Positions 1-11,398 are shown, counted from the first letter of the stretch. The stretch is 64,000 nt of DNA from Bigelowiella natans CCMP2755 (GCA_000320545.1 ADNK01000257.1:39918-103917); one strand, 5' to 3'. Notes: generated by a model from the letters alone, not told the origin. Numbers and translations: made by a program.

Positions 1-882
1 ATGGCGACGACGGCATGTAATGATAATAAATGTGAGAATGATAAAAATTTAATGATTATTCACATGTGAAACTAAACGCAATGCAAGGCAAGGAGATAGA
101 CTGACCTTTGCACGTAGTGTTTGATGCAAGCTTCGTGTGTGTGATCACATCGTAAACATTGTAGCTGGTCATTGGTAGACGCGCATAGATTGCGCTGTGC
201 TGAACAATCCATGACCAGTGAAAATTTCGAAAAATCTTATGTCAGTTACTAGCTAGCTAGGTTAGCCGCTAGCTAGCTAGATTTTACAGGGAAATTGGCG
301 TGCCGTGTGGACCTGCACGCTTTCTCTGGCTCAAACAATGCACGTCCCTAAATGCAACAAGCCGCGCCTTTAGCTAGGACATCTCTTGATATATTGATGA
401 ACAAGGCAAAGCAGTGTAAATTCAGCTTGTCGTTGACGCATTCTAGCATAGGATACATCCATCTTATCATGTTGTAGCTACCGCTGTAGTTTGTGCCATG
501 CCCAAGCTAGCAAGGAATGTTCAGAACCAATATGTATGCACGTGTGCAGTACGTAGATGTACGCGCAATTACGAGAACCCGGTCTTGGCTGAAATAACTA
601 AAGAAATATTTTCTGTTCTTATATCGAGCTAGTTATTTAATCGTAGCTAAAGCATGCATTATACATAGCTTTTGGTAGTCTCTTTGGTTAGATGTTACAC
701 ATGATTCCTCCTGCTAGCTACAGACACCTATGAACATATTCGCGTCTGGATCTGTACAAATGTTCAGCTGTACACCCTGTTCTCTATAACGTTCACATTA
801 TTTATGTGTAAGTTTACACACGAAAGTGTTTTCTGTCATTTCCAAAATTGAAGATTTCCCAGATCGAATGAATTCCTAAATA

Positions 883-2157
883 CTACCAATGATTTTCGTT
901 CCAGTTCTTATCCTGTTCTACATTCCACCGTGTTCCAATAGTACCATATTCCAGCCCTCCCATTCTTGCAACTGTTTCGAGACTCAGATCATGTATAGTC
1001 ACCGAACCATCTGCGTGTTCATTGACGAGGCTGTCCTGTAAATGTGTTATGAGAATCTTCCCAATTACAACGGTAGAACTGCCGTATTTTGTTGAATCCC
1101 CAACTGGGATGAGATTCAGCAGCTTGCATTCTAACTGAATCGGCGATTCCATTATTCGTGGCGCAGCGACTTGATCCGAGGGCATTGGTGTAAGCTTGGC
1201 CACACTAAACTCATCAATCTCAGGATCAAACTCTTTTGAAGTTTCATACATTTGTGCGAAAGCACCAGTAGTCACGTGGTTGACGACAAATTCTCTCGTG
1301 CAGATTATATTCCTTAGTGTATCCTTCCACTGCCCAGGGCCACAATAGTAAGAGTAAACGAGTGAAGGATAATGTGAAGGAAGAATGGTCGCGTACTATC
1401 TCATACATCTCTCACACATTCTCTCTCTCTCTCTCTGCCTTCTTTGTGTATGTATTAGGAGTGTTAATGATGATGCACATCAAATTCACAAGATATTAGG
1501 TCACAAATAGCAATCTTCAACATTTTCACGCGAATTTCCACTCTCAAACACAGACACACACACACACACACACACATACACACACGAGCCTACGTATGCA
1601 CAGTGCACAACATTATACTCACCCGTCCAGACTTTTTGGTGGTAAGGGATAGGGCAAGTGTTGGGGGATCTGAAGTCACCGGCCTTCATTGTTACAAGAG
1701 TGGATAAATAATAAATGGAATTAAACTTGGATCTTCAGAGAAAAGGCCACTAACAACACCACCTACATGAAGAAGCTTAAGGGAGCGACATTGTTTATCC
1801 CGTCCTCATCAACAGTACTGATCCACGCGATCGGACGTGGTGTTATTGCACTGCATAATATCCTAAACAATAATGATATCATTCAAATAATACATACGGG
1901 ATGAGTGTGTACAAGCTACAGTTTAGATCATTTGTGAAACTCTTTGATTTATGTCCGAGACGAGCCGATTTTGTAGACCTGTATCGTGTTCGGAGGTCAA
2001 GCGCGTCGAAATTATAGCTTCGAAATTTAGATTCGCCGGCATCATGACAAATTCCGTCTTTGAACGTCGTCTTTGGTGCATCAATTCTCCGATTGCATGT
2101 GGAGAGGAGGGCCAAGGAACGGTGGAAGGTCCGGGGAGGAGGGACTCTTCGGAGCAT
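883..2157 (-). CDS. Flavin reductase-like (FMN-binding split barrel, DIM6/NTAB family) protein, 4 exons (~2157-1979, 1862-1769, 1682-1623, 1329-883), possible mitochondrial transit peptide
   Basis: Manual splicing at GT/AG sites gives YRILCSAITPRPIAWISTVDEDGINNVAPLSFF..SDPPTLALS..KDTLRNIICTREFVVNH..APRIMESPIQLECKL..VARMGGLEY, the hallmark motifs of the family. N-terminus MLRRVPPPRTFHRSLALLS is Arg/Ser-rich. Confidence 0.88.
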
Positions 2158-2698
2158 CTTTCGTTGGCAAAAAAATACTTTTTCGACATAGAATTCGCTG
2201 ACGCAGAACGGATTTTTAGGGGATTTTATCCTCGGTGTATGAGTACTTGAAGCTTCATTGGTAGTAGTGGGCAGCAGCAGTTCTGGCATCTACTATTTGG
2301 AGATTCCTTCGAGTCTCTCCTCCAGGAGAAAGGTGCACTTCGTAGCTTTTGTTCCGGAAAAGCGCGCGAAAGGGTGATGTCCAAAATCCTCGAGATCGAG
2401 TACCGGTAGATCTACGCGATGAATGATCATAAATTGATTATTGTTTATGTCTCTATGTAAAAATGTCCTTGAATCTACCACGGGGTGAAGGCCCATCTAC
2501 CGTACAGGCTCTAATTCGAAAGAGGGGAAGGGGACGCTGGTCCTGGCTGGCAAGAACAGGCCTGTCTCAGGTACATGGGAGCCTTCAGATCCCCATGGGT
2601 TCCTGTTTGCTCAGCTAATAGTGATCATGCGCGAACGATTGCAAGTCCAATGGCTCTAGTTGTGAAATGATACACGTAGTCATAATTCTTCTTCCAGG

Positions 2699-4335
2699 AT
2701 GAATCCTTCTCTAAGCCAAAGCATTGGCATCGTTGAAGCCACTGATGAAGGTGGTCGTAGCCCTTCTAAGGAAAATGAGAAAGAAGTCCCCAATGTGCCC
2801 AACTTCACCAAAGACGTTGATAAGAAGGAAAATGTCGACACTTCGGCATCCATCGATGATATTGTGAGTCAAATCACCAAACTCTCGATCAAAAAGTCCG
2901 ACACAGAAGAAGATTCCAAAGGTCATAAAACTTCTGGAGAGGGTTAACTATTTGATTTAGTGTTTCTCATATGCAACAGTGAAAACGGCTTTTACATGGG
3001 ATAGTCGGTGCCTGAAACACGAGGCGAACCGTGACCATCTAGAGAAACCGGAAAGAGTGCGTAAATAAGCTATCGTATTCACTATTATTTCTCTCACATT
3101 TTACATATTGCCTAGGTAGTGGAGATTTTAAATGAAATAAAGCACCAGGGCCTTTTCTCGAAGTTACAGATGGTGGAGGGGCGTCTGGCAAGTAAGGAGG
3201 AGTTGTGTAGAGAGGAGGGTGGATATGGTCCTCACACGAAAGACCATGTCAAAACAGTTGATGATTCCGTACACCTCACCTTCAAGCCTAGAGTAAAAAG
3301 CGAGGACGATCCGGAAGACTCCAAACTGTATCCTCCTTGTCACTACATAGATTCCGACACATACGTAAATGAATACTCCAACATTGCTGCGAGGACAGCT
3401 GTTGGTTGTGTGCTGAACGTAACAAAATCTGTTCTAGAAGGGAGCGCTACAAATGGGTTTGCAGCCATACGCCCCCCTGGCCATCATGCCGGGTTCCACA
3501 ACTTCAGTGGATTCTGCCTTTACAATAATGTTGCTGCAGCTGCAAAATATGCGAAGGAAAAATTTCCTGAGATCTGCAAGAAGATTCTGATACTTGATTG
3601 GGATGTTCACCACGGAGATGGAACTCAACAGATATTTTATGAAGATCCCAGTGTGCTATTTATTTCTATCCATCGATTCACGAAAGATTTTTTCCCCTGC
3701 ACAGGACGAGCGAGCGAAGTTGGTAAGGGTCGTGGAAAGGGCTATAACATCAATATACCGTTAGAACAGGCTGGGCTTGGAAATCAGCATTATGCTGCAG
3801 TTTTCAAGCACATCGTTATTCCAGTGGCCCAAAGATTTTCGCCCGACCTCATCCTCATTAGTGCAGGGTTCGATAAACTATTTATTTTCTCATTTCTTTA
3901 ATTAACTGAAACTCTCTTTAGATTCGACTGCGTCGTAGGTGACCCTGTTGGAGGAATGAATGTACCAAATAAAAAATACAATGATTATAAGCTTCTTTCC
4001 TAATTATGATACTTTTCAATGGCTAGGTCACTCCTGAGGGTTTGAAAGCACTTACTGAAATGCTAATGGCCCCGGAAATACAGAAAGATGGCCGAATTGT
4101 AATGGTCTTAGAAGGGGGCTACAATACTAAGATGGTCGCTAAAGCTGCGACTCGTTGTCTAGAGGCTCTGATGGGACACCACGGACCTCAACTGGATCCC
4201 ATAAGTATTGATCGAGAAAATACAACGGATGGCAAATTTTCGACTACAATACAGAATTGTCTCCGAGTTCACTCCCGATATTGGCCTTTGAAGTATGAAA
4301 TTCGAAGATCTTCGAGGAGACCCAAAAAGGCTTAG
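2699..4335 (+). CDS. Class II histone deacetylase (Hda1/Clr3/HDAC6-like), about 5 exons
   Basis: Motifs HLEKPERV, RPPGHHA, GFCLYNNVA, DWDVHHGDGTQ, SAGFD, GDPVGG and LEGGY present across exons ~2699-2942, 2981-3061, 3117-3870, 3921-3960, 4027-4335. Confidence 0.93.
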
Positions 4336-5178
4336 GATGAAGATGTAATATATAGGTTTGCCGCCTGTGCTCACAGTGCATATCCTAGTATCCGATAATT
4401 TTTACTGCCTTGTACTCTATACTGCTTTCATACATTCTAGTTTCGAGACATAAGAAATAGTGAAAGTATAGTAAATTGTGCGAGAGGTTCGAGAGTGAGG
4501 CATGAATCAGATCAAAAAGAGTAAAGGCTTGAAAATTGTGTGAAGAGAACAGCAGGCGCAATGCTCCTTTGAGCGATGTCTCGTACTTTACACGCTGACG
4601 AATATGTACGTAGATTGTTCATAAAATTGAAGTAGATGGACACCAACAAGAAGCCTCACTGTTGGTCGTTTATATGTCGCGCACAAGCGATTTATCACAT
4701 TACGTCAAAGCCTTGCACAGCTATTATATGCGGTGTATGTGATATCTATGTGATCACAGCTCAAGCTTTTTAAGAGCGCACCTACCTACATGCATATGTA
4801 CGATGTACACGACAGGTAAAGCACCAAAGCAGCTGCCTAGTATGCATGTTGCACGCATTATACGCATGTATGTACATAGGCGCTACGACATAAAAATCAT
4901 GCACACATGTAGTAAAAAGCACTGCTAGACTATCGTAGCCACAACGTGTGCAGCCACAAATGTTATTATTATACTTAATCGCATCCGCTTCGTTATCATC
5001 ACACAGCAGCATCGTGGCATCTAGGCATGAGAACATGATCATTATTATACTTGTTCATTGGTTTCGCACCATATCACCTTTGTTGAATAGGTACCGAGAC
5101 TACTTACTTGACCACGAGCGAACAACATGCAGAACTAGCAAATGAACATCATCAGGCTACACATTCGTATAGCATGAA

Positions 5179-5504
5179 TGTAGCGCGTACCACTACGCGG
5201 GCACAAGTCACGTGCGACAACAAAGGGGTTGTCGCGGATATAGAATATAGATAACGTAGATATTAATACAGCATAGGCACGTGGGTTCCGGCGGGACTCA
5301 TGGCAGCACACCGGAAGTGTGCTGCCCCACGTGCGGCGGCATTCGCGAAAGCTTCGCGAATGATTACGCAGTGCACGATTTAATAAAAATATAATCTTTA
5401 ATAAAAATAAACACAACTCTTCAAAAGGAAGCAAACGTGCCTTTCCCCCCCCCTGCCTACTTGTGCACGTAGCGCCTCGGCCTGTGAACACCTTACGCGC
5501 AACA
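5179..5504 (+). repeat. 5' LTR (326 bp)
   Basis: TGTAGCGCGTA...TACGCGCAACA (11-bp terminal inverted repeat, 1 mismatch); no differences seen versus 10569-10894. Confidence 0.97.
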
Positions 5505-5509
5505 ACCTT

Positions 5510-5526
5510 TGGCTTCCACACACGGG
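5510..5526 (+). other. Candidate primer-binding site TGGCTTCCACACACGGG
   Basis: TGG start 5 nt after the 5' LTR; the reverse complement ends in ...GGAAG-CCA like a tRNA 3' end. Cognate tRNA not identified. Confidence 0.5.
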
Positions 5527-5543
5527 AAACGATTTGACTAACA

Positions 5544-8500
5544 ATGTCACAGCAGCTAGAAGAACAGCAGGACTTTGGCTCGCAGGCCGTGCAAGGGCAC
5601 GAGCAGAAACAGGAAAGGAAGGGCGATACGGACGCTAAGGAAGGAGGAGGAACACCTCCACAGGCACCGCCGGGACCAGCACCCGGGATTAAGAAAGCAG
5701 ATGCAGCAGCAGAGGCACTGGAGAACTTCTACGAGGCGGACGACGAGGACGTGGCCGCCGAAAGCAAGAAGGTCGTAATGGCATTACGAGCCTTGCGACC
5801 CAGGGCGAGCAACTACGCCAAACTGAAAGTATCGATAGAATACAAGTATCAGACACATGATGTTTGGGCAGCTATCATGCAGGACATCATGGATTACGAA
5901 GCAGACTTACCTCCAGAGTGGGCAGCTTTGTTTAGGAACGACGGGGGTCTGGGCGCCTCGCGGGGGACGACCCAGAGCACCGTCAAGCAGCAGCAGCCGG
6001 TACAGCGGAACACCCAGTTCATGTCTGTTAAAACAGCACCGGTTATGATAACGAAATACAACGGGAAAAGAGGTGAGGCAAGGAGGTGGTGGAAGAACGC
6101 TAGGAGTATACTCTGCGACTTTACCCCTAACCCCACCGAAAACGACAAGCTCAAATGGCTAGCTATAATAAAGCAAGCCATGGACCTTTACGAGACAGGC
6201 AGGACCCGGATCAGGCAGCTAGAGAAAATACACACTACAGTTAGTGGGCTACGAGACGTTGAGGCGATAATGAAGGCTTTTGTAAATGAACAGGATGCTA
6301 ACTCCCTACCCCAGGCTATTAGAAAATACAGAGCAATGATGCAGCATGAGAGAGAACCTGTTAGAGACTTTGCCACGCGCTTCCAGGATATGATCGACGA
6401 ACTACATGATTTTAATTACAACACAGGTGATGATCAGGCAAGGTTTGAAGAGTTCAAGTTAAAGATAAAGGAATCCACTTACGTTACGGAGAAAGGCTAC
6501 ACCACGATGGAGGCAGCAGTGCAGGCTATATCCCTACGCGAGCAGGAGCAGGACCGCAAGTTTACCAGCCCTAAGGTACCTGGCATAGGAAACATTAACG
6601 CTATTAAGCCGCAGCGAGACTGGTACAAGGACAGGGAAGGTAACCGACGTTGCGGATACTGCTCACGTAAAGGGAAACACACCGCTAAAGACTGCAGAGA
6701 CAGGAAAGAAGGACGACCCAGGATGACGATCAGGCAGCTCAACGAACACTACGAGAAGTTAAAGAGAAAGAAAGGCAGAGGACAAGGATATAACAACAGC
6801 AAATGGCAAGGCAGCAACAACGGGAAGAACAATAAATATAAGAACAAAAAGCAGAACAGTATCAATGCTATACAGCAGCAGATAAACGGAATATTAGATC
6901 ACCTTAAGCAGGCGCCGACGAAGACAGCAGTACCAGCAACGCAGGACCAAGACAAGCCCATGACCCTAGACGACATAAAGAACTTAGGAGTATGCAACAT
7001 TAATGACGAAGACGCTAACAGGACTATCAAAGTTGCTATGACCAAGGTTAAAGTTAAAGACAGCTACGGAGACTACAAGAAACTACCTGCCCTTTGGGAT
7101 AGTGGCAGCATGCCGAAGTCCTTCATAAGCCTAAGCACAGTAAGAAGGTTAGGACTATTGGATCAAGTGACTAAGAAAGAACGTAAATATGCTCAAGCAG
7201 ACGGAAGCTCTTCCATGAAGACCGTCGGTGAGCTAATGCTAAAGCTACAGATACCTGGCAGCGACGCGGAGACCCAAATCAAGACCCGAGTAGCCATGAC
7301 TTTATCCATGGAACTACTCCTCGGACAGGATGCCCTAGAAAAATTAGGGGGGATCATATCATTCTACAATCACAAGATATACTTTGCTAAGTTGCCAAAG
7401 AAGTCAGGCAGGACCATCAGCCAGAACATGATACGGCTTGACGAGTGGACCTCTGAGTCAAGCGTTAATGCGTTAGAGTTTATGGACCTAGCGGACAACA
7501 AGCTACCTACACCTACCGAGCTACGGAAGAAGAACCCCGGCAAGACCATCCGACAGATAACGGAGCTACTGGACAAGACCCCCCCAGCTGATGATTGGGA
7601 TATCGACAAAGGCAAAAAGTACATTAATAAAATATTAAACGAGAAGTACTCTGACATCACCAAGCCGACGACGAAGCCCTCCAGCAAGCTTACCCCAGTA
7701 AAGATCGAGCTAAAGAAGGGATACGAAGAGTGCATCATCAATGACCCAGAACATAGGCGACCGGAAGCGGACTGGGAAAAGATAGAGTGGCAGATCAATG
7801 AATGGGCAAAGGAAGGGAAGATAGAGCCAAGCAACTCACCATGGAACGTGAGACATGTGCTAGCTAAGAAACCTACTTACCCTTTCTTCCGCCTGGCGCA
7901 CAACTTCATCCGCCACAACCGAGTAATAAAGAGGATCCAGACACCTACACCAAGGATAGATGACGTTATTGAACACGTCATAGGATACAAATACTACTCT
8001 TCCCTAGATAAAAATGAATCATACATGCAGACACCCATCCACAAAACCTCCCGCCCCATTACCGCGTTCTCCAGCAGGCACAGGAAGTGGCACTTCGTCG
8101 TATTCCCTTACGGCCTAAGCATATCAGGGGATGCGTTCAGTAGTCAGAACTACAGGGCATACACACATGATGGGATGGCGTCTGTGTTGTGGGTGTTTGT
8201 GTTTGTGTATGTGGATGATGACATAATATGTACCAACACAGTCGTCGCTCAGATCTTCCTCCTGGAAAATATATTTATTAGGTTTGCACACTTCGGTTTT
8301 ACTATTAGACTGCAGAAGTGTACATTCCTAGCTACAAGAATCAAGTGGTGTGGATATTACCTGGAGCAAGGCCGCATCACCCCAAACCCCGAGAAAGTAG
8401 CAGCACTACAGCAAGCCCCTAAACCTAAGAATGCAAAGGAGTTAAAGTCATTCTTGCAGACTGCAGCTTGGATACTACGTAGGTTCTCCCCTACCTACGC

Positions 8501-10517
8501 TAGGACTGCAGCTGCTTTTACTACTGCTTACCGGAAGGAGAACTCTGTAGGCCTCAGCTTCGCTAAGGTGTGGGCCAAGGCTGGCCTTGATGCCCACTTC
8601 GATAACCTAATAAAGTTATGCAGCAACACCCTATTGAATGCTAAGCTAGACACTACTAGACCAGCTACCCTATGGACAGACTGGTCTAAGCTAGGTATGG
8701 CTGCTGTACTTACCCAAGACCAGCAGATCATACGGGTGTGGGGCAGGGCCTGCACAGCAGCTGAGGCCAAGTACAGCCCTACAAAAGGAGAGTATAAAGC
8801 CATGACTGAGGCGCAGAGGAAACTAAGATACTACCTGCTGTCGGTGCCCAGCTTCACCTTAATGACTGACCACAAGCCCCTCCTAGGCATCGACCGCAAG
8901 CTCGAAGCGCCTAACGATGAGTATGCAGCTATGAGGGCGGACACGGAAGAGTTTAGGGACAAGAGGACAGTGGTCTACGCACCAGGAGACAAGCAGCTTG
9001 CTGACTATTTCAGCAGGCTGTTCGAAAAGAAAGTCCCTACCCAGGTCACCCCTATGGTTAACGCGATTACCTTCGAGGACGGCGACTTCCTGCCTGAGCC
9101 AGAGGAGCTCCAGCACCTTCAAGAACACCTGGATAAATACAAACACAAGCATGAGGTACTTAGTGATAGGATATATGTATACACTAATAATGTTAGGCGT
9201 ACCTACGTGCCACGGCGGACCAGGGGAGCCCTTCTCTTTACCGCCCATGGACCTGCACACGTAGGAGAAAACCATATCACTGCTCTACTCTACCATTACT
9301 ACTGGCCCTACAAGCTAAAAGAGATAAGGACATACCTGCGTGGCTGCAGGTGCTCCAGCTTGAAGGCGGCAGGCGTCGCCACCAAGGAGTCCAGCAAGAG
9401 CCGTGCATCTAAGAAAATCAAAGCAAGGAACTTCTTAGATATCGTGCAAATTGATGTTTATAAGTACGATGGCTATCACTACCTTACCTTCGTTGATGTG
9501 GCCACTGGAAAGTGCTGGGTTAAAAAGATTATCAAGGTCAACGTTGCTAAGAAGAACAAAGGCTTATATAAGCAGAGGCTTACTAACTGCTACCGTACCT
9601 GGGAGTCTGAGCTCCAGGCTATCCCTGATGAAGTTAGCATAAACAAGATACCAAAGAAGTTACATGTGGATAATGAGACCTCTCTTCTACAGCTACCACA
9701 CCCTAATATTGATGCCTCACCTGTATACTATGCCCAGTCCAACTCCAAGGTAGAGCGACTCCACCGCACCTTGGCCAACCTAAGCAGGATAAATAGCACC
9801 ACACCAGACAAGATACAAGGGTTAGTAAACGACACCTTCACGTCTGGGGGAGGTATCAAGGATAAGGAGAGGGAAGAAGGCGACGACAACGACGACGATA
9901 CCGAGAGCGAAGACGAGAAGGTCCCGTACGATGGCCGAGTTCTAAAGGAAGGACAGTATGTTAGGGCCAAGGTAAATCTGAGATCGAGAAATAAACAAGA
10001 CCCCTTCTGGGGTGGCGTTGCAAAGGTTACCGAGAGGAAGGGGAGGAAGCAGTACTACATCTATGATGGGAACAGGGTCACCTTGCGCCACATCAGTCAC
10101 CTAAAGAATTATGATATCGGTGAGAAGCTCCTAGAGGATGTTAAAGTAAACCCTACTGTGTGGGAGCGAGCAATGCCTTGTTTAGGACCCCGACCTAAGT
10201 TCGATGTGGAATATGGAAACAATAAGGTCAGGGTGAACGACGATTGGCGCATGAAGATTGTCTATCTAGGCTACCCTGGATTACGAAATATGGAGAGGGT
10301 AGCTATGAAAATAAAGGACGGAAAATATCAGCTACTCTACCTAGCTGTTCCCGACTTACCCTTTGAGCACTGGTATAAGGTCCTGGGGGACCTTGATGCA
10401 GAGGGCTGGTATGGACACGAACCTAAGGACGAAGGTGAGTTCTGGGTAAGCGACAAAGGAGATAAGGTTAGAGAGGAATCTATTACCTGGTGGTTGGTGA
10501 AGTTCCGAAAGCGATGA
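5544..10517 (+). CDS. Gag-Pol polyprotein (1657 aa): Gag with Zn knuckle, aspartic protease, RT, RNase H, integrase, extra C-terminal domain
   Basis: CGYCSRKGKHTAKDC knuckle; LWDSGS protease; FPYGLS..YVDD RT; LWTDWS..YSPTKGE..TDHKPL RNase H; H..H..C.C, QIDV, HVDNE, SNSKVERLHRTL integrase; no frameshift or stop. Confidence 0.96.
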   Translation: MSQQLEEQQDFGSQAVQGHEQKQERKGDTDAKEGGGTPPQAPPGPAPGIKKADAAAEALENFYEADDEDVAAESKKVVMALRALRPRASNYAKLKVSIEYKYQTHDVWAAIMQDIMDYEADLPPEWAALFRNDGGLGASRGTTQSTVKQQQPVQRNTQFMSVKTAPVMITKYNGKRGEARRWWKNARSILCDFTPNPTENDKLKWLAIIKQAMDLYETGRTRIRQLEKIHTTVSGLRDVEAIMKAFVNEQDANSLPQAIRKYRAMMQHEREPVRDFATRFQDMIDELHDFNYNTGDDQARFEEFKLKIKESTYVTEKGYTTMEAAVQAISLREQEQDRKFTSPKVPGIGNINAIKPQRDWYKDREGNRRCGYCSRKGKHTAKDCRDRKEGRPRMTIRQLNEHYEKLKRKKGRGQGYNNSKWQGSNNGKNNKYKNKKQNSINAIQQQINGILDHLKQAPTKTAVPATQDQDKPMTLDDIKNLGVCNINDEDANRTIKVAMTKVKVKDSYGDYKKLPALWDSGSMPKSFISLSTVRRLGLLDQVTKKERKYAQADGSSSMKTVGELMLKLQIPGSDAETQIKTRVAMTLSMELLLGQDALEKLGGIISFYNHKIYFAKLPKKSGRTISQNMIRLDEWTSESSVNALEFMDLADNKLPTPTELRKKNPGKTIRQITELLDKTPPADDWDIDKGKKYINKILNEKYSDITKPTTKPSSKLTPVKIELKKGYEECIINDPEHRRPEADWEKIEWQINEWAKEGKIEPSNSPWNVRHVLAKKPTYPFFRLAHNFIRHNRVIKRIQTPTPRIDDVIEHVIGYKYYSSLDKNESYMQTPIHKTSRPITAFSSRHRKWHFVVFPYGLSISGDAFSSQNYRAYTHDGMASVLWVFVFVYVDDDIICTNTVVAQIFLLENIFIRFAHFGFTIRLQKCTFLATRIKWCGYYLEQGRITPNPEKVAALQQAPKPKNAKELKSFLQTAAWILRRFSPTYARTAAAFTTAYRKENSVGLSFAKVWAKAGLDAHFDNLIKLCSNTLLNAKLDTTRPATLWTDWSKLGMAAVLTQDQQIIRVWGRACTAAEAKYSPTKGEYKAMTEAQRKLRYYLLSVPSFTLMTDHKPLLGIDRKLEAPNDEYAAMRADTEEFRDKRTVVYAPGDKQLADYFSRLFEKKVPTQVTPMVNAITFEDGDFLPEPEELQHLQEHLDKYKHKHEVLSDRIYVYTNNVRRTYVPRRTRGALLFTAHGPAHVGENHITALLYHYYWPYKLKEIRTYLRGCRCSSLKAAGVATKESSKSRASKKIKARNFLDIVQIDVYKYDGYHYLTFVDVATGKCWVKKIIKVNVAKKNKGLYKQRLTNCYRTWESELQAIPDEVSINKIPKKLHVDNETSLLQLPHPNIDASPVYYAQSNSKVERLHRTLANLSRINSTTPDKIQGLVNDTFTSGGGIKDKEREEGDDNDDDTESEDEKVPYDGRVLKEGQYVRAKVNLRSRNKQDPFWGGVAKVTERKGRKQYYIYDGNRVTLRHISHLKNYDIGEKLLEDVKVNPTVWERAMPCLGPRPKFDVEYGNNKVRVNDDWRMKIVYLGYPGLRNMERVAMKIKDGKYQLLYLAVPDLPFEHWYKVLGDLDAEGWYGHEPKDEGEFWVSDKGDKVREESITWWLVKFRKR

Positions 10518-10525
10518 AGGTCTAA

Positions 10526-10568
10526 GGGAATAAGGAAGGAAGGAAGGAGCAACGTGACTTGGGGGAGG
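10526..10568 (+). other. Polypurine tract
   Basis: GGGAATAAGGAAGGAAGGAAGGAG...GGGGGAGG directly upstream of the 3' LTR. Confidence 0.8.
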
Positions 10569-10894
10569 TGTAGCGCGTACCACTACGCGGGCACAAGTCA
10601 CGTGCGACAACAAAGGGGTTGTCGCGGATATAGAATATAGATAACGTAGATATTAATACAGCATAGGCACGTGGGTTCCGGCGGGACTCATGGCAGCACA
10701 CCGGAAGTGTGCTGCCCCACGTGCGGCGGCATTCGCGAAAGCTTCGCGAATGATTACGCAGTGCACGATTTAATAAAAATATAATCTTTAATAAAAATAA
10801 ACACAACTCTTCAAAAGGAAGCAAACGTGCCTTTCCCCCCCCCTGCCTACTTGTGCACGTAGCGCCTCGGCCTGTGAACACCTTACGCGCAACA
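10569..10894 (+). repeat. 3' LTR (326 bp)
   Basis: Direct repeat of 5179-5504; the shared part of antisense ORFs 5135-5521 and 10522-10956 translates identically. Confidence 0.97.
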
Positions 10895-11063
10895 TGAAGG
10901 CAAACATCATCGGTCGGTGAATTGGGCTCTACGCACAAGCTAGCGCACAGGAGCATGTGTATTTTACCCTCATGGGCTTTGAGAAGACAGTGCTAACGTG
11001 GGATTCCGGCATGCGTGAAAATGTGACGGCGGGCAACGTAGTTGGCCGCGGTGGGACGGCAAT

Positions 11064-11398
11064 AGATGGTTTTCGCAAAAGTTTTTACAACAACTATTGG
11101 AGTAACGGAATTGCCAACTTGTAGAAATTTGTAAACTCATACGCTTTCGCAAGTTTCGACAAGTTTTTCCAATATAATTTCGGGGAAGGTGGTTTATTTT
11201 TCGGTGACAGATTTGAACTGCCTTCTCTCGAGGGAACGCCTGATGGGAAGGAAAAGGCGGCGGCAGATGGTGATGTTGGCAGTGGTTGCGGTGGCGGTGG
11301 CCAACAAGAGACAGCGACTAGACCCTATTCCCATTCCTGCTCTGCGCATCGAATCAGATCTCGAACGCAAAGGATGGAACGATGACCATTTGGTTCGG
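11064..11398 (+). repeat. Left inverted repeat (335 bp)
   Basis: AGATGGTTTTCGCAAAAG...CCATTTGGTTCGG is the reverse complement of 13280-13632, apart from a few substitutions and an 18-nt indel. Confidence 0.93.

Larger units (their letters stand above)
5179..10894 (+). mobile_element. Full-length Ty3/gypsy LTR retrotransposon, recently inserted
   Basis: Two 326-bp LTRs with TG...CA ends, 4-bp TSD TGAA (5175-5178, 10895-10898), single gag-pol ORF in PR-RT-RH-IN order, candidate PBS and PPT. Confidence 0.97.

Noticed and set aside
4486-4492. GGTTCGA T-loop-like motifs (also ~60885, minus strand) as tRNA genes
   Set aside because: No flanking cloverleaf or acceptor stem could be built.
5135-5521. 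Near-identical antisense ORFs at 5135-5521 and 10522-10956
   Set aside because: They are simply the two LTR copies read in reverse.
8170-8241. G/T-rich stretch over the RT YVDD region with an 8-bp inverted repeat (CTGTGTTG/CAACACAG)
   Set aside because: Explained by Val/Trp/Phe codons of the catalytic beta-strand; the stem is too short to claim structure.
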